64,000 nucleotides of DNA from Hormiphora californensis (taxonomy: Eukaryota > Animalia > Ctenophora), in the NCBI GenBank assembly GCA_020137815.1, contig CM035359.1, forward strand, positions 2,728,001 through 2,792,000, in the 5' to 3' direction. Shown here one piece after another: positions 26,817 through 49,268 of this stretch (the stretch's first letter is position 1; each line of letters starts with the position of its first letter). Both the position numbers and the translations under genes were made by a program. Below the pieces are notes generated by a model. It saw only the letters and a program-made list of their open reading frames with translations, had not been told where the DNA came from and did not search any database.

Positions 26817-29788
26817 TCAGAGAAAAAAGTAGAAGAAAACAGATTATCTTTTCAAATTTTCGTGCCATGTTGAATGCAGGTCATTCGCCTCTTGTTGATT
26901 GACTTTTGAAAAAGAGGGTTGTCCTCAGGTGGTACCATTCAGTGCAGTACCCCTACTATTATCCCAAAACCAGAGAATGAACTGCATCTTTGTTTCGATC
27001 ACGATGGTTTTAAATTACCATCTGATCTCTATCAATCTCTAAATCTCTCCTTGTTTCGTCTTCTCTCTCCATTTCATTCTCTATGTTTCTCTCTTGACAC
27101 CCGACCCGTTTAGGAACAGTACCCCAGCAGGTGGCTCAAATTTAGCACTACAAATCAGACGATAATGAACTAATTAGCCACTTAACAGCTACCGGCCCTC
27201 TTGTACTAAACAGCTTTCTCAATTCACACACCACTCTTTTATATTCCTCCATGATAATGACACCATGTCTTCTTCATCTCTTTTACCTCGATGGCTGCCT
27301 GGTGGGGGGAAGGCACCTCAATTGCTGCTACATTTCCATCGGCTGTCATTGACGTGTCTGAACTATTATATATGCCAAAAGCACCGTTTATTGGGGCTGG
27401 GGGGTATTTAGAAACCGTCTGCTGTTATAGTATGCCAAGGACATATGTGTTTCATTTTGAAAATCTCAAGGAATCGTGAAATTCCTCTCTCCACAGCCCC
27501 CAAATTGGGCTGGTCGAGGGAGGAGGGGGTCGACCTAGTGACCTACTAATCGCCATGTGTATGTAATTGCCGAGAGTGTATAATAATCCCGCCATAGCGG
27601 CTCGGGGTTTTGATCTCAGGCAGTATATTTGATGGGGGAGGCAGACACTGATGGATATAATGTGTTACCACAATTTCATGTGTGTTTTCAAAGAATTGCT
27701 GTTTTCAATGCTTTCTTTTGCGTCCGAAGAGGTTCCATGTTGCACGAAATCTATCGCTTGAGTACCTGCCCCTCCCGATAGTTGTCTTTTCCTAGCTTCA
27801 CTCTATCAGCTCTCTCTCTCTCTCTCTCTCGTGCTCTCTTCTCCGTCGTCTCTCTCTCTCTCTCCTCTCCTCGTCTCTCCCTCTCTCTCTCTCTCTCCTC
27901 TCCTCACACTCTCTCTCTCGCTCTCTCTCTCTCTGCTCCTCTCTCTCTCTCTCTCGCTCTCTCTCTTCACTCTCTCTCTCTCTTTCTCCTCTCTCTCTCT
28001 CTCTCTCCTCTTCTCATCTCTCCCTCTCTCTCTCTGATGGCTCTCTCTCTCTGTCTCTCGTCGTCTCGTGCATCTAGCTGCAGTAGGGCTCACTAAATTT
28101 TACCTCTCTTTCATGTCTGACCTAAATGAGAAGCTATTTGTCTGAAAAATTATTCCTTCATAAAATACTCAGGGACTACTACTGCAGCTCCTGCTCCTCT
28201 GGAGGGAAATCAGTGGCCGTGCTCTCGCCTCTCTCTCTCCCTCTCATAATTCCACCATTTTAAATTCCATCCCTCAGTTTAGAATATAATGTCTTCTGTT
28301 TGTATGAGGCTGGATTGTCTCTCTGATTGTTTTTAGCTTCTTGATCTTTCTAATTTTGGGCGTTTTGATCCAACCATCTGACTCTCATTGACTAAATCTT
28401 TATGACAAGACTTTATTAAGTCTCCCTCCCCTTCTCTCCCCCTCATCTATTATATCCTTCACATTCTCCACCTCTCCTCACTGTCCTCTCCTCTCCGCTC
28501 TACCCTCCCCTCCCACACCAGCTGGCCCACGAGCACAACGAATTGTCCACTTGCTAACCGGCGGTATATAATAATTTGATTCTGTCACTTCCTGAGAGAT
28601 CTTGACACTGCTTGTCCTCTCCTCCCCATCTTCCCACTAACCCGGCTGTTCCCACAAATTCGAGCCGAGCATGTGTCCCCATGACGACAGAGAGTTCCCA
28701 TGACGACATATGACGTCATCAGAAGGAGAGATAGAGAGAGAAAGTATGATGGTGATAGGAAGAGTTAATTTGAGGATCAGCGCTCTGCCAAGCTGTCTAC
28801 AGTATAGATTTAGCTTTCTTCTAGATCGTTTGGTTTGTTGTCTTTGCTACACATCTCTCTTTATCTTGTTATCCTAATTTTATTTTGAGCTCTCTTCCCT
28901 CGGGTAAAATAGGATCAACTTCATGATATTTTGTTTCTTCGGAGATGAAAATATCTAGAGAAAGATCAGACATATTATACAGAGAGAAAAGGGGGAGGGA
29001 GAGAGAGAGAGAAGAGAGAGACATCTATATTAATGGCAGATAGAGAGATCAAGGTGAAAAGGGACAGAGAGAATTCGAATCAATGAAAATCGACCAGCAG
29101 GGGACACGTCACCGGGATAAAGAAAAATGACAAGGGATAAAGATCAGGTAGAGGAGTGTGGGACTAAAGATATATATTTTGGAATTTTAGTGGATTGATG
29201 CCAGCCCCCCCCCCCTCCAGTTGTGATTTGCCAAGCCGTGCTGGCTGGATTTGATGGCAAGAGCGTGCCAGTGGGGGGGGGGGAGAAGAGAGAGAGAGAG
29301 AGTGTGTGTGTGTGAAAAAGGGAAGATAGGAAAAAGAATCAGTTGTTCAGGAGAATTTCTCTTTGTACCCTTCCGGCCAATTTGACAATTTATTACCGGG
29401 ATGATCAAGTCAAGCTGCGAATTGATTCCGCTAAAGGGCTCTGTTCCGGGGCTCTATATTTCCCAGGGGCATGCCAAGATTGGAATGTCGGGCAGACAAC
29501 AAGCAGGATATATATCTTCTAACCAGCCCTAAATCTTTACCAGCTCATTCTTCTGTAGAAATCATATACCTTGCTCCACCATGTTCCCCACAATCCACGG
29601 ACATCCAGACGTATTTCTAACATTTTGTAAACATCGCCATCCCTGTCTGTCTGGATGTTTGTCGTAGAGATACGCTGTTTTAGGGCGGCTTGCGGGACTT
29701 GGGCTCTGGGTCACTATTGATACCTTGTCCTGTTGCTTGTTAACTGATTGTACATGAGAGGGAGGGAAGAGAGAGGGAAACGAGAGAT

Positions 29789-29894
<106 letters not shown>

Positions 29895-31367
29895 AGAGAG
29901 ATAGGAGAGAGAGAGGAGAGACGAGACGCGAGAGAGAGAAGGGAGAGAGAGAGAGAGAGGAGGGATAGAGTGAGAGAAGAGAGAGAGAGAGAGGGAGAGA
30001 GAGAGAGAGGGGGGGATGGTGTATGACCGTAATAATTTGCTATTGTTAGCTTGCGTCCAGCACTTCCCGCCTTTACCAAACACACCACCTCTTTGAATCT
30101 TCTTTCCACCCACTTACCGTCCCCTTTATCTCTCTAAAATATCGTTCTCTCTCCCTTCTTTCTCTCTCTCTCTCTGCCTATCTGTTTTCCTGTTTATTAT
30201 CGCCCTTCCTTATTGGGTAGAGACGCCCACTTTTTTGGTACCAAAATGAACAACCATTGGACGTTAGCTGCAGTGTTGTTTGGTTGTGCACAATAACATT
30301 GTCTCCCATAATAATATATTCCTACCTAAGTTGTTTGGGGTGTTTGTCTCCCCGAACAATGATTATTTGTCCGCTAGGAGAGCTTTGTCTGGTCCAATGA
30401 ATTATGTCTTCCGTTACCCCCCATTTGTTACGAATTACCTACAGATCGGGACATATATTGGTTTGATTCAAGGGTTTCAGTTTCTGAAGCCTTATTCTGT
30501 CTGAGTTTCTTATTTACTTGCAATTTATTACCTGAAGCCAGATTTAGAAATTTTCAGAGAATAATACAAGAAACTGTTGGGGATTTTATATGAATCATTT
30601 TATTGGTTCAATCTTCACCTCTCCGCACACGATCTGAAACATTCCTCAGTGTGAATGGTAGCTGATGTTGGTAGCTGATCTGATTAGATCTGATTACCAC
30701 CCCATCTTGTCACACGGCTCCGCCTCAAAACACCATGCTTTGACGCGGTCTCTTCAACTTCCAAAGTTATCTTCTTTTCCCTATTATTTTATTTTAAGCT
30801 TTCGTTCATTTAAAACCAGCGGCAACTTCAGAGATCCGTTCTAGCAGTAAAAGGAACTTGGTAGAGAATCGATCATCGATAAAGGCCTAGATAAGACGAT
30901 GCGAAGGAAGGATAACAATGGAGGTCGGTGGCAATCACAGGAAAAATATCATCACGCTCCCGCTATTCTAGATCCCACATGTTCTATATCAGTAGGTCAT
31001 GAGTGCACATTGGTAAAGATCCCCCGCAGTCTTACCACGATATCGGTTTAGCACTTTTCAGGTATTGTTCGTTCTCCGATGTTATCCCCCTGAGAGTTCA
31101 ATGCATAGTTGATGGTGTCCTCTCCCTCCGTAGGGTCCATTGTCTTTTTCAACCGACATTTTTGCACCTCCACCGTTCTTTATTTCAGGATCTCGCGAGA
31201 ACAGCTCCTTTCTCTCTCGCTCTCTCTCTCTACCCCCCTCTTTACTTCATTCCTCAATCCTTACTACCATTTTGCACGTGCCAATCGAGCTGGTATCTTT
31301 CAATTTTAGCACCACTTCTCATTTTAGGTGAGAGGGTGAGGAGAGGAAGGGGGAAAAAGTAGCGAGA

Positions 31368-31402
<35 letters not shown>

Positions 31403-31406
31403 AAGA

Positions 31407-31458
<52 letters not shown>

Positions 31459-32157
31459 TCAGTAGTAGTAGAACAAAGTGTGACACGCAGCTGCTGCTAG
31501 GAGGAGGTTGACAATCACGTGGAGGTACAGTCCATACCCTCATGATGCACTGATTCCCCCAAAACAACAGCCCCTGATCACACCAATATCACTCTCTTTT
31601 CCATTGTCCATCCCCCTCTTGTTTCAGTCGCCATTTTGTCGGATAATTCATCTCTAATTATAAAGTTTGATTTATGTCTCCTCTCTTTTCTTTCCTCTCT
31701 CTCCCCCCAAACCCCCTCCCTTTCCCCCTCTCTCTCTCTCTCTCTCTCATCTCAATCCTCTCTCTCTCTCTCCTCCTCCTCAACTCTCTCGTAGTCTCGG
31801 ACTGAATTCGTTAATCTTCTACACGCCATCTCCGTCTCCAACTTCTCTCCTCTCTCGTCGGTATATCTCTCTCTCTCCTAACACTCTCTCTCTCTTTCTC
31901 TGCGTCTCCTTCACTCTCTCCCTCCTCTCATTCTCGTCAATTCTACGTCCCCTCATCCTCTCTCTCTCTCTCTTCCTCTCTCCTCTCCCCTTCTCTCTCT
32001 CTCTCTCTCTCTCCCCCCCCCCCCCCCCCCCTCCCCACTTCTCTCCCTCTCGGCCCCTTCTGTCTCTCTCCCTCAATATCAATAAATAGGGCGCGAGAAG
32101 TGAGGTACTGTTGCAATTGGGCCGTGCCATGCTCATTCCACAATATTTTCTGTTGTT

Positions 32158-32257
32158 NNNNNNNNNNNNNNNNNNNNNNNNNNNNNNNNNNNNNNNNNNN
32201 NNNNNNNNNNNNNNNNNNNNNNNNNNNNNNNNNNNNNNNNNNNNNNNNNNNNNNNNN
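32158..32257. other. Assembly gap (100 N)
   Basis: Run of exactly 100 n. Confidence 0.99.
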
Positions 32258-32273
32258 TTTTTTTTCCTCCAAA

Positions 32274-32314
<41 letters not shown>

Positions 32315-32320
32315 TCGCTT

Positions 32321-32364
<44 letters not shown>

Positions 32365-32954
32365 TCTCTCTCTTCTCTTCTTTTCCTCTTTCTCCCTCTC
32401 TCTCTCTCCCTTCACATTTTTGTCGTTCCTCTGATATGCTTGTGCCCCCTTGCATGATACACAATTTAGTACAGTGCTATGTGTTTCAGTGACTCCAAAT
32501 GACCGACTGGTGACCGACAGAAATGGACAGATAACTGACAGACAACCAATGACTGACATTGAACTCATCTCTAATGTTAATGTGGTAGGAGGCTCATCTC
32601 CAGTACAGGATATGGGTCTGTGTTGTTTCCAGTGTAGAACAACCTACAGTTACCAAGAACTTCATTCTGGATACAGTTCGGACTACTACAGTCCTTATAA
32701 CAATCCCAGAGGTCATTAATAAATCTCATTAATTCCCCCCCACCGGGTATAATGGGTATATTGCTACCAAACTTACTGACTGACAGAGCTGCATTTGAAA
32801 ACAAAGTGTTGTTAAAGCTGGAGTGTGTTTTGTGACGAAATGACGCGTGATTATCGTGTGTTTTGTGACCAATAACGCGTGATTATCGTGTGTTTTGTGA
32901 CCAATAACGCGTGATTATCTTGTGTTATCCCTCTAACCTCACTCCCTCCCCCAG

Positions 32955-41895
<8,941 letters not shown>

Positions 41896-42562
41896 AGAGG
41901 ATGTATCCCTCAACGTACGATAGATCAAGTGAATACTGCCAAACATGGAAGAGGAGATGTGGAGTAAGCTGGGTTACAATTACTCGACAAAGAAGCTGAG
42001 TGGAAAAGACTGAAATTAAATTGAAAGACAGAAATTATAATTCCGAGAGACGATTATAAGCTGTTGTTTTGTTTGAATGTGCGTGTGTGTAATTATGTTG
42101 AGAGGGGATGTGCTACAAGGGTTTGAACAGTTTAATAATAGACTCAGAGAGGGAATGAAAGGTTGGGGTTTAAAGAGAACGGTTTTAGTAATTGATCGGC
42201 TGATGGAAAGTAAAACTGTAAGCTCTATAACGACTGAAGCTGAGTCTAGTGAGACTAAGAGAGTGAATGAGTAAGAGAAAGAGAAATAGTTATTGTTGAC
42301 GATTTGTATTAACTGGCCCCTTTATATACATCTGTGTTATGTTTTAATAATGGTTCTACGCTGCCAATTGACTTGTATTTAATTTGTTTCCGCTTTTTGA
42401 CAGGTTTTGAAAAGAACACAGAGACGTCACAAATTGAAGAAATGCGATGCGCGTATTTTATTTGCGCGTAACTCAAACGCGCGGCGCGTAAATAGGCCAA
42501 TCCAAGTTTTAAAATTTTTATTTGGGCGAGCACTTTTTGAAAAGATCTCATCTCCGCGGTTT

Positions 42563-42695
42563 AAAGTGTAAGCGAAACAACAACGAACTGGCTGCGCGTC
42601 CCGCAACGTTGCGCATGTGAATCTCTCCGGTGAGATCGTTATGCAAAACGAATGCGCGACGCACAACCAGTTCGTTGTTGTTTCGCTTTCACTTT
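42563..42695. mobile_element. Short palindromic MITE (TTAA-type flanks, possibly Kolobok-like)
   Basis: AAGTG(T/A)AAGCGAAACAACAACGAACTGG ... CCAGTTCGTTGTTGTTTCGCTTTCACTT, each end embedded in TTTAAA; boundaries approximate. Confidence 0.6.
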
Positions 42696-42697
42696 AA

Positions 42698-43217
42698 AGT
42701 CGAATTTTTTAATCAAGGGACAGGGGCCGCGCATTCAGAGAGGTCGCGCGGCGTTGCATTTGCGCGTGACAATCGAGATCAAGTTCCTGGCAATCTTAAG
42801 ACTTGAACCCGGAAGCGTTGGAAAGATAATTTTAAGACCTTTTCAACGCAACCAAGATCAAGTCTTTATCTTATCAGGAAGAGGAGATATGAGCAAAAAC
42901 ATTTAGCACGCGCAAAAAGACTTTGTAAATGCGCGGCCCCCTGTCCCTTGATTAAAAAATTCGACTATAATAAACCTGTTTAAAGTCGGATTTTTTAATC
43001 AAGGGACAGGGGGGTCTTTTTGACCTTATTTCAAACGCGCATATCTCCGGTTCCTGATGAGATAGAGACTTGAAATTTGGAGGTTGGGAAGATCATGCCA
43101 AGTTCTTTATAACCTCCCAATTTCATCATGTCTTTATCTTATCAGGAACCGGAGATATGCGCGTTTGAAATAACGTCAAAAAGACCCCCCTGTCCCTTGA
43201 TTAAAAAATTCGACTAT
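42698..43217. mobile_element. Two adjacent palindromic MITEs sharing TIRs (~42698-42966 and ~42984-43216)
   Basis: AGTCG(A/G)ATTTTTTAATCAAGGGACAGGGG ... CCCCTGTCCCTTGATTAAAAAATTCGACT occurs twice with different cores. Confidence 0.7.
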
Positions 43218-43798
43218 AGTTGGCATGCGCTGCAGACCCCAAGTGCGCGCGTTTTCCACGGCTTCTAGGAGGGCCTGTAGCATAGGCCAACCTGTTTAGT
43301 AAACCTGAAACCGACGAAGATAAGTCCTTGTTGCCGATTCATGTTTCGTGTACGTCTCTTCTCCGCGGTTTAGTAAACCTGAAACCGACGAAGATAAGTC
43401 CTTGTTGCCGATTCGTGTACGTCTGCGGAATGCCTTGGGGCTTGGGATCTGTTCGATTCGGCCCGAGAGTTGAAATCAGTGAAAACTTATGATTTTTGTT
43501 GTTGAAAAGTGATGCCAATCGGTGTTGGATGGAATCTGTCAAGTGTCAGGCCAATGTTCTGACAGATTCCGCCTGGTTGGTCACCCTGGATAGTCCACAA
43601 ATCGCTGGGGATCACATGACCTAGCTACTGTGTGCCTTGTGGTTGTCTGTTTTGGGTTTTTGGTCGCATTTGAAAGAAATTAGATATCCAAAAGTCAAAA
43701 CCATTTGATTCACTTCTGGAATAATTCAAGTTCCCGTTCGAGATATAAGACATATTCATTCCAGTCATAAAATTTAACTCTGAGATACTCATTACGCT

Positions 43799-44007
43799 CC
43801 AGTTACAGATTTGGAACCGGGTGTCAGTTTCCTGATGGGAGATTCCTGATGGGAGATTCCCGATGAACCATGCTGCGCGTCATCATTTACAATGCATGAC
43901 TAAATTTCGAGCTAGAATGAATGGGGAGTTGAGCAGCATTCATTGTCAGCAGTGTGCAAAAATTCGTGCATCAGGAAACTGACGCCCGGTTTCAAATCTG
44001 TAACTGG
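43799..44007. mobile_element. MITE with ~39-bp TIRs
   Basis: CCAGTTACAGATTTGGAACCGGGTGTCAGTTTCCTGATG / CATCAGGAAACTGACGCCCGGTTTCAAATCTGTAACTGG. Confidence 0.65.
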
Positions 44008-45151
44008 TCCCTAACCGTACTAAATTTTAGCGCTCTACGGTATCAGGAACTGTGTGTAACTGCCTAAAGTAAACCAAAAGCCAAAAAGGCCCTCATTTTA
44101 GTTTTGTATATTTTTCACCACCTGATAAGATAGAGACTTTGAATTCGGATGTTAGGATAACCTCGATATGGTCTTGCTTACATACATTTATCAGCGGGTG
44201 GGATGCTCGGGGAAAGGATCTTACCCGGTAAATCGGGGTGCTCGATAAATCGGGGTCCGACTGTATCACAAGAGTGTGGGCCTTTAATATTGGGGGGGGG
44301 GGGGGGGGGAGTTTTAGGTTTGTTGTTATTCTTCAGTTAAATTACAGTTAAATTTTAGGCCATATCAGTGAAGCTATAGTATAGGTTACTTGAATGGGTT
44401 TCAGGAAAAATAGAAGTTAAACACCGGGGGGGGGCCCAGTGCCCCGATCTTGCAAATACCCAAAAGGTTAATGGTGCCTATTTGGCAGCAATTTGGACAT
44501 CTGGAAGCAATTTCATGTAACTGTCGACCTTTTTTTAGGGAAAGAAGCAACCGCGGAAGCAAAATCTCCGCAAATAAGGCAGATATCATTGCTTCCACAT
44601 TGCTTCCTGCCAAACTGAGACATAAATCAATCATTTCAGGAAGCAATTTCACGATTTTAAGGAAGCAATATGGAAAATTATACGTCCTATTTTTTGAAGA
44701 TTTTGAAAATCGGGGCACTGGGGGGGGGGGGATGATTACCATGATGCTAATGTATTTGTTTACTTTGTGATATCTCGAGTGGTTTATACCTGATCAAACT
44801 CTGAACACCCTCCACACCCGTATCTTAACTGTTAGAGAGAGAGGGAGAGGAGATATACTGCCAATACTTCTTAGAAAATCTAAGTAGTTTAATAATACTA
44901 AGAAGCTGAATTTCGGTGGGAGATATTATTGTCAAGAGATTAATGATTATAATGTCTGAGAGAAATTTCTTGGATGAAATTCTTCTTGAAACCCCGATTG
45001 CATCACTTTCCGACAGCCGAAGAGAAGCTGCCGAAGAGAGAAAGGGGGTAACCGTATGAAGAGTTAATCGCGATGAGTCTCATTCACATTGGGTTCGATC
45101 ATTTGCCCCCTTATATTATATTATAAGGGGCCTGCAACGTATGCCAAGCGC

Positions 45152-45383
45152 TAAAGTACACCCCAAACTACTATGTCCCTCACTCGGGTTTTGTAAAATT
45201 TCCCACGGTCATAACTCCACTCCCTGATGAGATAGAGACTTGAAATTTGTTTTGTAAGAAGAACTCGACATGATCTCCTCACAAAACAAATTTCAAGTCT
45301 CTATCTTATCAGGGGGTGGAGCTATGGCCGTCTAAAATCCGGTCGCGCGCAGCAAGGGACATAGTAGTTTGGGGGGACCTTTA
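45152..45383. mobile_element. Palindromic MITE
   Basis: CCCCAAACTACTATGTCCCT / AGGGACATAGTAGTTTGGGG arms; inner GATAGAGACTTGAAATTTGTTTTGT inverted pair, related to the MITE core near 43060. Confidence 0.6.
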
Positions 45384-45484
45384 GTAGGAGACACTAGCGT
45401 GGTACGCGCAAAAAAATGCGTGCCACACACCTGTTATTTAAGGTATGTGGCGCGCATTTTTTTGCGCGTACCACGCTAGTGTCT

Positions 45485-46229
45485 TTTTTTTATTCACTAA
45501 CCCCAACACCGATTGGCATCACTTTCCAACAGCCGAAGAGAAGCTGCCGAAGAGAGAAAGGGGGTAACCGTAAGGGGGTAACCGTATGAAGAGTTAATCG
45601 CGATGAGTCTCATTCACATTGGGTTCGATCATTTGCCCCCGGTGTTGGGGTTAGTAATAAATAAATCTTAAAATCACTCACTCAAATAAACAATAAATAT
45701 TATAAATAAAAAGTCAGTCAGTAAAATCACACATTGCAATGGGTGGTGGAGTCGTGAACTTTTTCCTCGTGCCCCTGAGTGAGACCAGAGTACTTCTGAG
45801 GAGACAGAATCGTATCCGCGTTCTCAGGAAATTAATCACTTCAGCGTATTTGTCCTTGTGTTTGGTAGAGATGCGTGAAGCGAGCTTTTTGATTAGTCGT
45901 TCTGCCTCTGGTCCGGAACCTCCGGAAGTGGCCATAACAAACGGGGTGAAAGCCCCTCTCTCAGATTCTCTGATTCGTTGTTGGTAATCACGTTTCTTCC
46001 GACTTTCATTCATTTTGTACAGAGATTTTGGGTCTTTTCCTCTGTAACTGGGTGCAGTAGGATGAAACACTGCAACGTCCACGTGGGCCCCCTGTAGTCC
46101 TCGCCACAACCCAATGGCATACACGTCACTGCGAGCATCAGGTGCTGTATTGACACTTCGGGGGTAGTCATCTGGGTTAACTGGCTGCAACACTTTCTCA
46201 ATTTCAACACCCTTGTATCCTGCATGAGA
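45485..46229 (-). mobile_element. 5'-truncated CRE-clade-like non-LTR retrotransposon (restriction-like endonuclease C-terminus) inserted into a small palindromic MITE (45382-46249)
   Basis: Minus-strand peptide ARSDVYAIGLW...VDVAVFHPTAPSY...ESRKKRDY...FTPFVMATSGG.GPEA...LRGTR (stop at 45714) resembles a CRE-type RLE domain; short poly-T at 45484-45491 is the poly-A tail; TSD CACGCTAGTGTC(T) at 45472-45484 and 46230-46242. Confidence 0.8.
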
Positions 46230-46785
46230 CACGCTAGTGTCTCCTACTACGCTACACGTTAACATGTGATAAACGCGCAAAACAATTACGCGCACGACTT
46301 TGGGGGGGTGAACAGTTGAAAAAAAATGGACTTTAGGCCAACCCAAGTTTTAAAATTTTTATTATTTAGGCGAGCACTTTTTTAAAAGATCTCTTCTCCG
46401 CGATTTAGTAAACCCGAAACCGACGAAGATAAGTCCTTGTTGCCGATTCATGTTTCGTGTACGTCTGCGGAATGCCTTGAGATCTGTTGGATTCGGCCTG
46501 AGAGTTGAAATCAGTGAAAACTTTTGTTTTTTGTTGTTGAAAAGTGATGCCAATCGGCCTGTTGGATGGAATCTGTCAAGTGTCAGGCCAATGTTCTGAC
46601 AGATACCGCCTGGTTGGTCCACAAATCGCTGGGGATCACATGACTTAGCCACTGTGTGCCTTTTGGTTGTCCGTTTTGGGGTTTCTTGGCAGTGAAAAGT
46701 TTGGTTGGTTCTTCAAATTAGCAGGCGTTCAGTTATGAACGCCTGTTGAAATTGAGAGACGCGCCACACTAAGCAAATGCTGGCC

Positions 46786-47526
46786 CGCGGGGTAATGTGG
46801 CGCGGGGTAATGTGGCCCATGTATGGGGCAAAGTGGCCCTAGTAATAACATGTGGTCACGTGACTTTTTCTCCAGCGGAGACCTGCTCGTTCTGTTCCGA
46901 ATTTTCACTTTAAAACTGCTGTCATTTCTGTTTGGGTTGGCCGATTTTAATTTTGCAAAAACTGCCAGTTAGGCTTTATAATTCTCTAAAACGTGGTATT
47001 AAAATTTTGAAGAAATCGGCAATTTTTTGTCTTAATTGTCAATATATGAAATCGGGGCAAAGTGGTCCGGTCTGGGGCAAAGTGGTCCACCTCTAGGACC
47101 AATGAAATGGCGCCTGCAATACCACGTGACATTGGAATGCACTGGGGCAAAGTGGTCCAGAACAAAAATGTAGTCCAGACGGTCAAATTAGGGGCAAAGT
47201 GGCCCATGTTCCGGTGCAGAACATGGGCCACTTTGCCCCTAATTTGATCGTTTCGTCTAACAACACCAGGCACGTGATAAAATCGAGCAATGCTATTGGC
47301 TTGGGCCACTTTGCCCCAGTGCAAGTTTTCCAAAAAAAAGCCCCACCAAACTATTTGAATTGATTAATTAACCCATTAAATAAAACTTGCAGATTTAAAA
47401 ATTTAGCTCGGCTGAAAGGAAAACGTTTCATTGGATAGCCTATATATTTTTTTTCTTCCTGCTGTATAAATTGCATATTTTAGAACCTAAAACGTTAAAA
47501 ATGGGCCACTTTTGCCCCAGCTTACC
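46786..47526. mobile_element. MITE-like element with repeated GGGGCAAAGTGG(C/T)CC motifs in both orientations
   Basis: Multiple forward copies in the left half and GGGCCACTTTGCCCC copies in the right half; ends not precisely resolved. Confidence 0.55.
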
Positions 47527-47819
47527 CGGTGGAGCTACGGAGTTTTACTGCCGGTAAATCGGGGTTCTGGTAAATTGGGGTCCGGCTGTATCAGTTATCA
47601 CAAAACCTAAGTGTGGGACTTACTATTTGAAGGGGGGTTTCGGTTTTGTTGTTATTTTCAGTCGAATATTGAATTTAGGCTGGAGAAAGCTCGACCATAT
47701 ATCAGCGAAGCTAGTGTTGGTGAATAGAATGGGTTTCAGGAATAATTGAAGTGATGTTATTTTATGCCAAAAGGTCTGATTTTGAAGTTGTTTACTTTGT
47801 GAAATCTCGAGTGGTTTAT

Positions 47820-48612
47820 TAGTAGAGTCGATAGCTACATCGACCTCTCCCAATTGTTCCAGTTTTTGTCACATCTGTTTGGAGCCTCGACACGACCTCT
47901 AAACAGGTGTTACTTTTTCACAAACTGTTTTCATCTTGGTGTAATCAGCAGTTGAAATGTTGTTAATCATAACAAAAACCTAACTATTTTTTTTCAACTT
48001 GGGGTAAAACCATGGGTGTCAAAAGTTAGGTCTAGGTCCCCTGAGTAACCATCCGGAGACTCTAAGAGATATTTCAAGCCGTTCTCCTGTAATCATTAAT
48101 CCCGGTAGAGCACATATTTGAGTATGGACGTACGTGCAATTGCCTACAACCTCAACTTTAATGTATAACGTTAATGTGCGTCTCTCTCTTTTCTCCCCCT
48201 TGAGAAAGAGTTATCTCGCGCGGCGCAACCGCACGTGCGGTTTTTCCAGAGAGAGTGAGAGACATACAATAACATGTAAACAGCCTGCCAGCGCTCACGT
48301 ACGTCCGCATTGTATTTTTTTCTCCACCGGGATTAATGATTACGGGAGAACGGCTTGAAATATCTCTTAGAGTCTCCGGATGGTTACTCAGGGGACCTAG
48401 ACCTAACTTTTGACACCCATGGTTTTACCCCAAGTTGAAAAAAAATAGTTAGGTTTTTGTTATGATCAGCAACATTTCAAATGCTGATTACACCAAGATG
48501 AAAACAGTTTGTGAAAAAGTAACACCTGTTTAGGGGTCGTGTCGAGGCTCCAAACAGATGTGACAAAAACTGGAACAATTGGGAGAGGTCGATGTAGTTA
48601 TCGACTCTACTA
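47820..48612. mobile_element. Academ-like MITE, copy 1 (793 bp, ~280-bp TIRs)
   Basis: TAGTAGAGTCGA...TCGACTCTACTA termini; 3-bp TSD TAT supported by a paralogous empty site near 44780-44800. Confidence 0.8.
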
Positions 48613-49176
48613 TATATCTGATCAAACTCTGAACAACGCGAGCTCACCATGGCAGGGGAAAGAAAGAGAGAGATGAGATAAATACTGCCAATACTTCTTA
48701 GAATGACTAAGTAGTTTAATAATATTAAGAAGCTCAATTTAGGTGGGAGATATTATTGTCGAGAGATGTCTGAGAGAAATTTCTTGGATGAAATTCTTCT
48801 TGAAGTCGAAATTTGATTCCTTGAAAGAGGTAGTGTGACGTCTTTCGAACATTCTAGAGATAGGATGAGAGAGAGAGAGAGAAAGAGAGAGAAAGAGCGA
48901 GAGAAAGATAGAATGAGAGAGAGTGAGTGAGAGAGAGAGAGAGAGAGTCTGTGTGCAGTAGGAAGGTTGAATATTATGCAGGAAGCAAAGGGTTGGTATA
49001 ACATTATTTTAATATTTCCTCTTCTTCTTAATCTTAGTCAGCAATTTATTTCTGTTATCAGACATTAGTTTTGACTCCTTTTGCTCGCATCATGTGCAGC
49101 TCATATATTTGAGAACCTGACCTCTATTCTCTTTCTATACCTGGCCCTCACGATATTTTGTCTGTCTCTTTCTCCA

Positions 49177-49268
<92 letters not shown>

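Noticed and set aside
43485-43530. Possible spliced-leader RNA gene or ribozyme in the repeated GTTGAAAAGTGATGCCAATCGG segment
   Set aside because: Only a vague resemblance; no identifiable donor/Sm site or hammerhead core (CTGANGA...GAAA) could be supported
46230-46346. N-terminal part of the 210-aa minus-strand ORF
   Set aside because: It lies outside the TSD-defined retroelement; the open frame is fortuitous and starts at a non-ATG codon
47820-48612. Possible second Polinton-related element because of the AGTAG-like terminus
   Set aside because: The terminus is TAGTAGAG with a 3-bp TSD, not AGTAGT with a 6-bp TSD, and shows no further similarity to the mini-Polinton TIR
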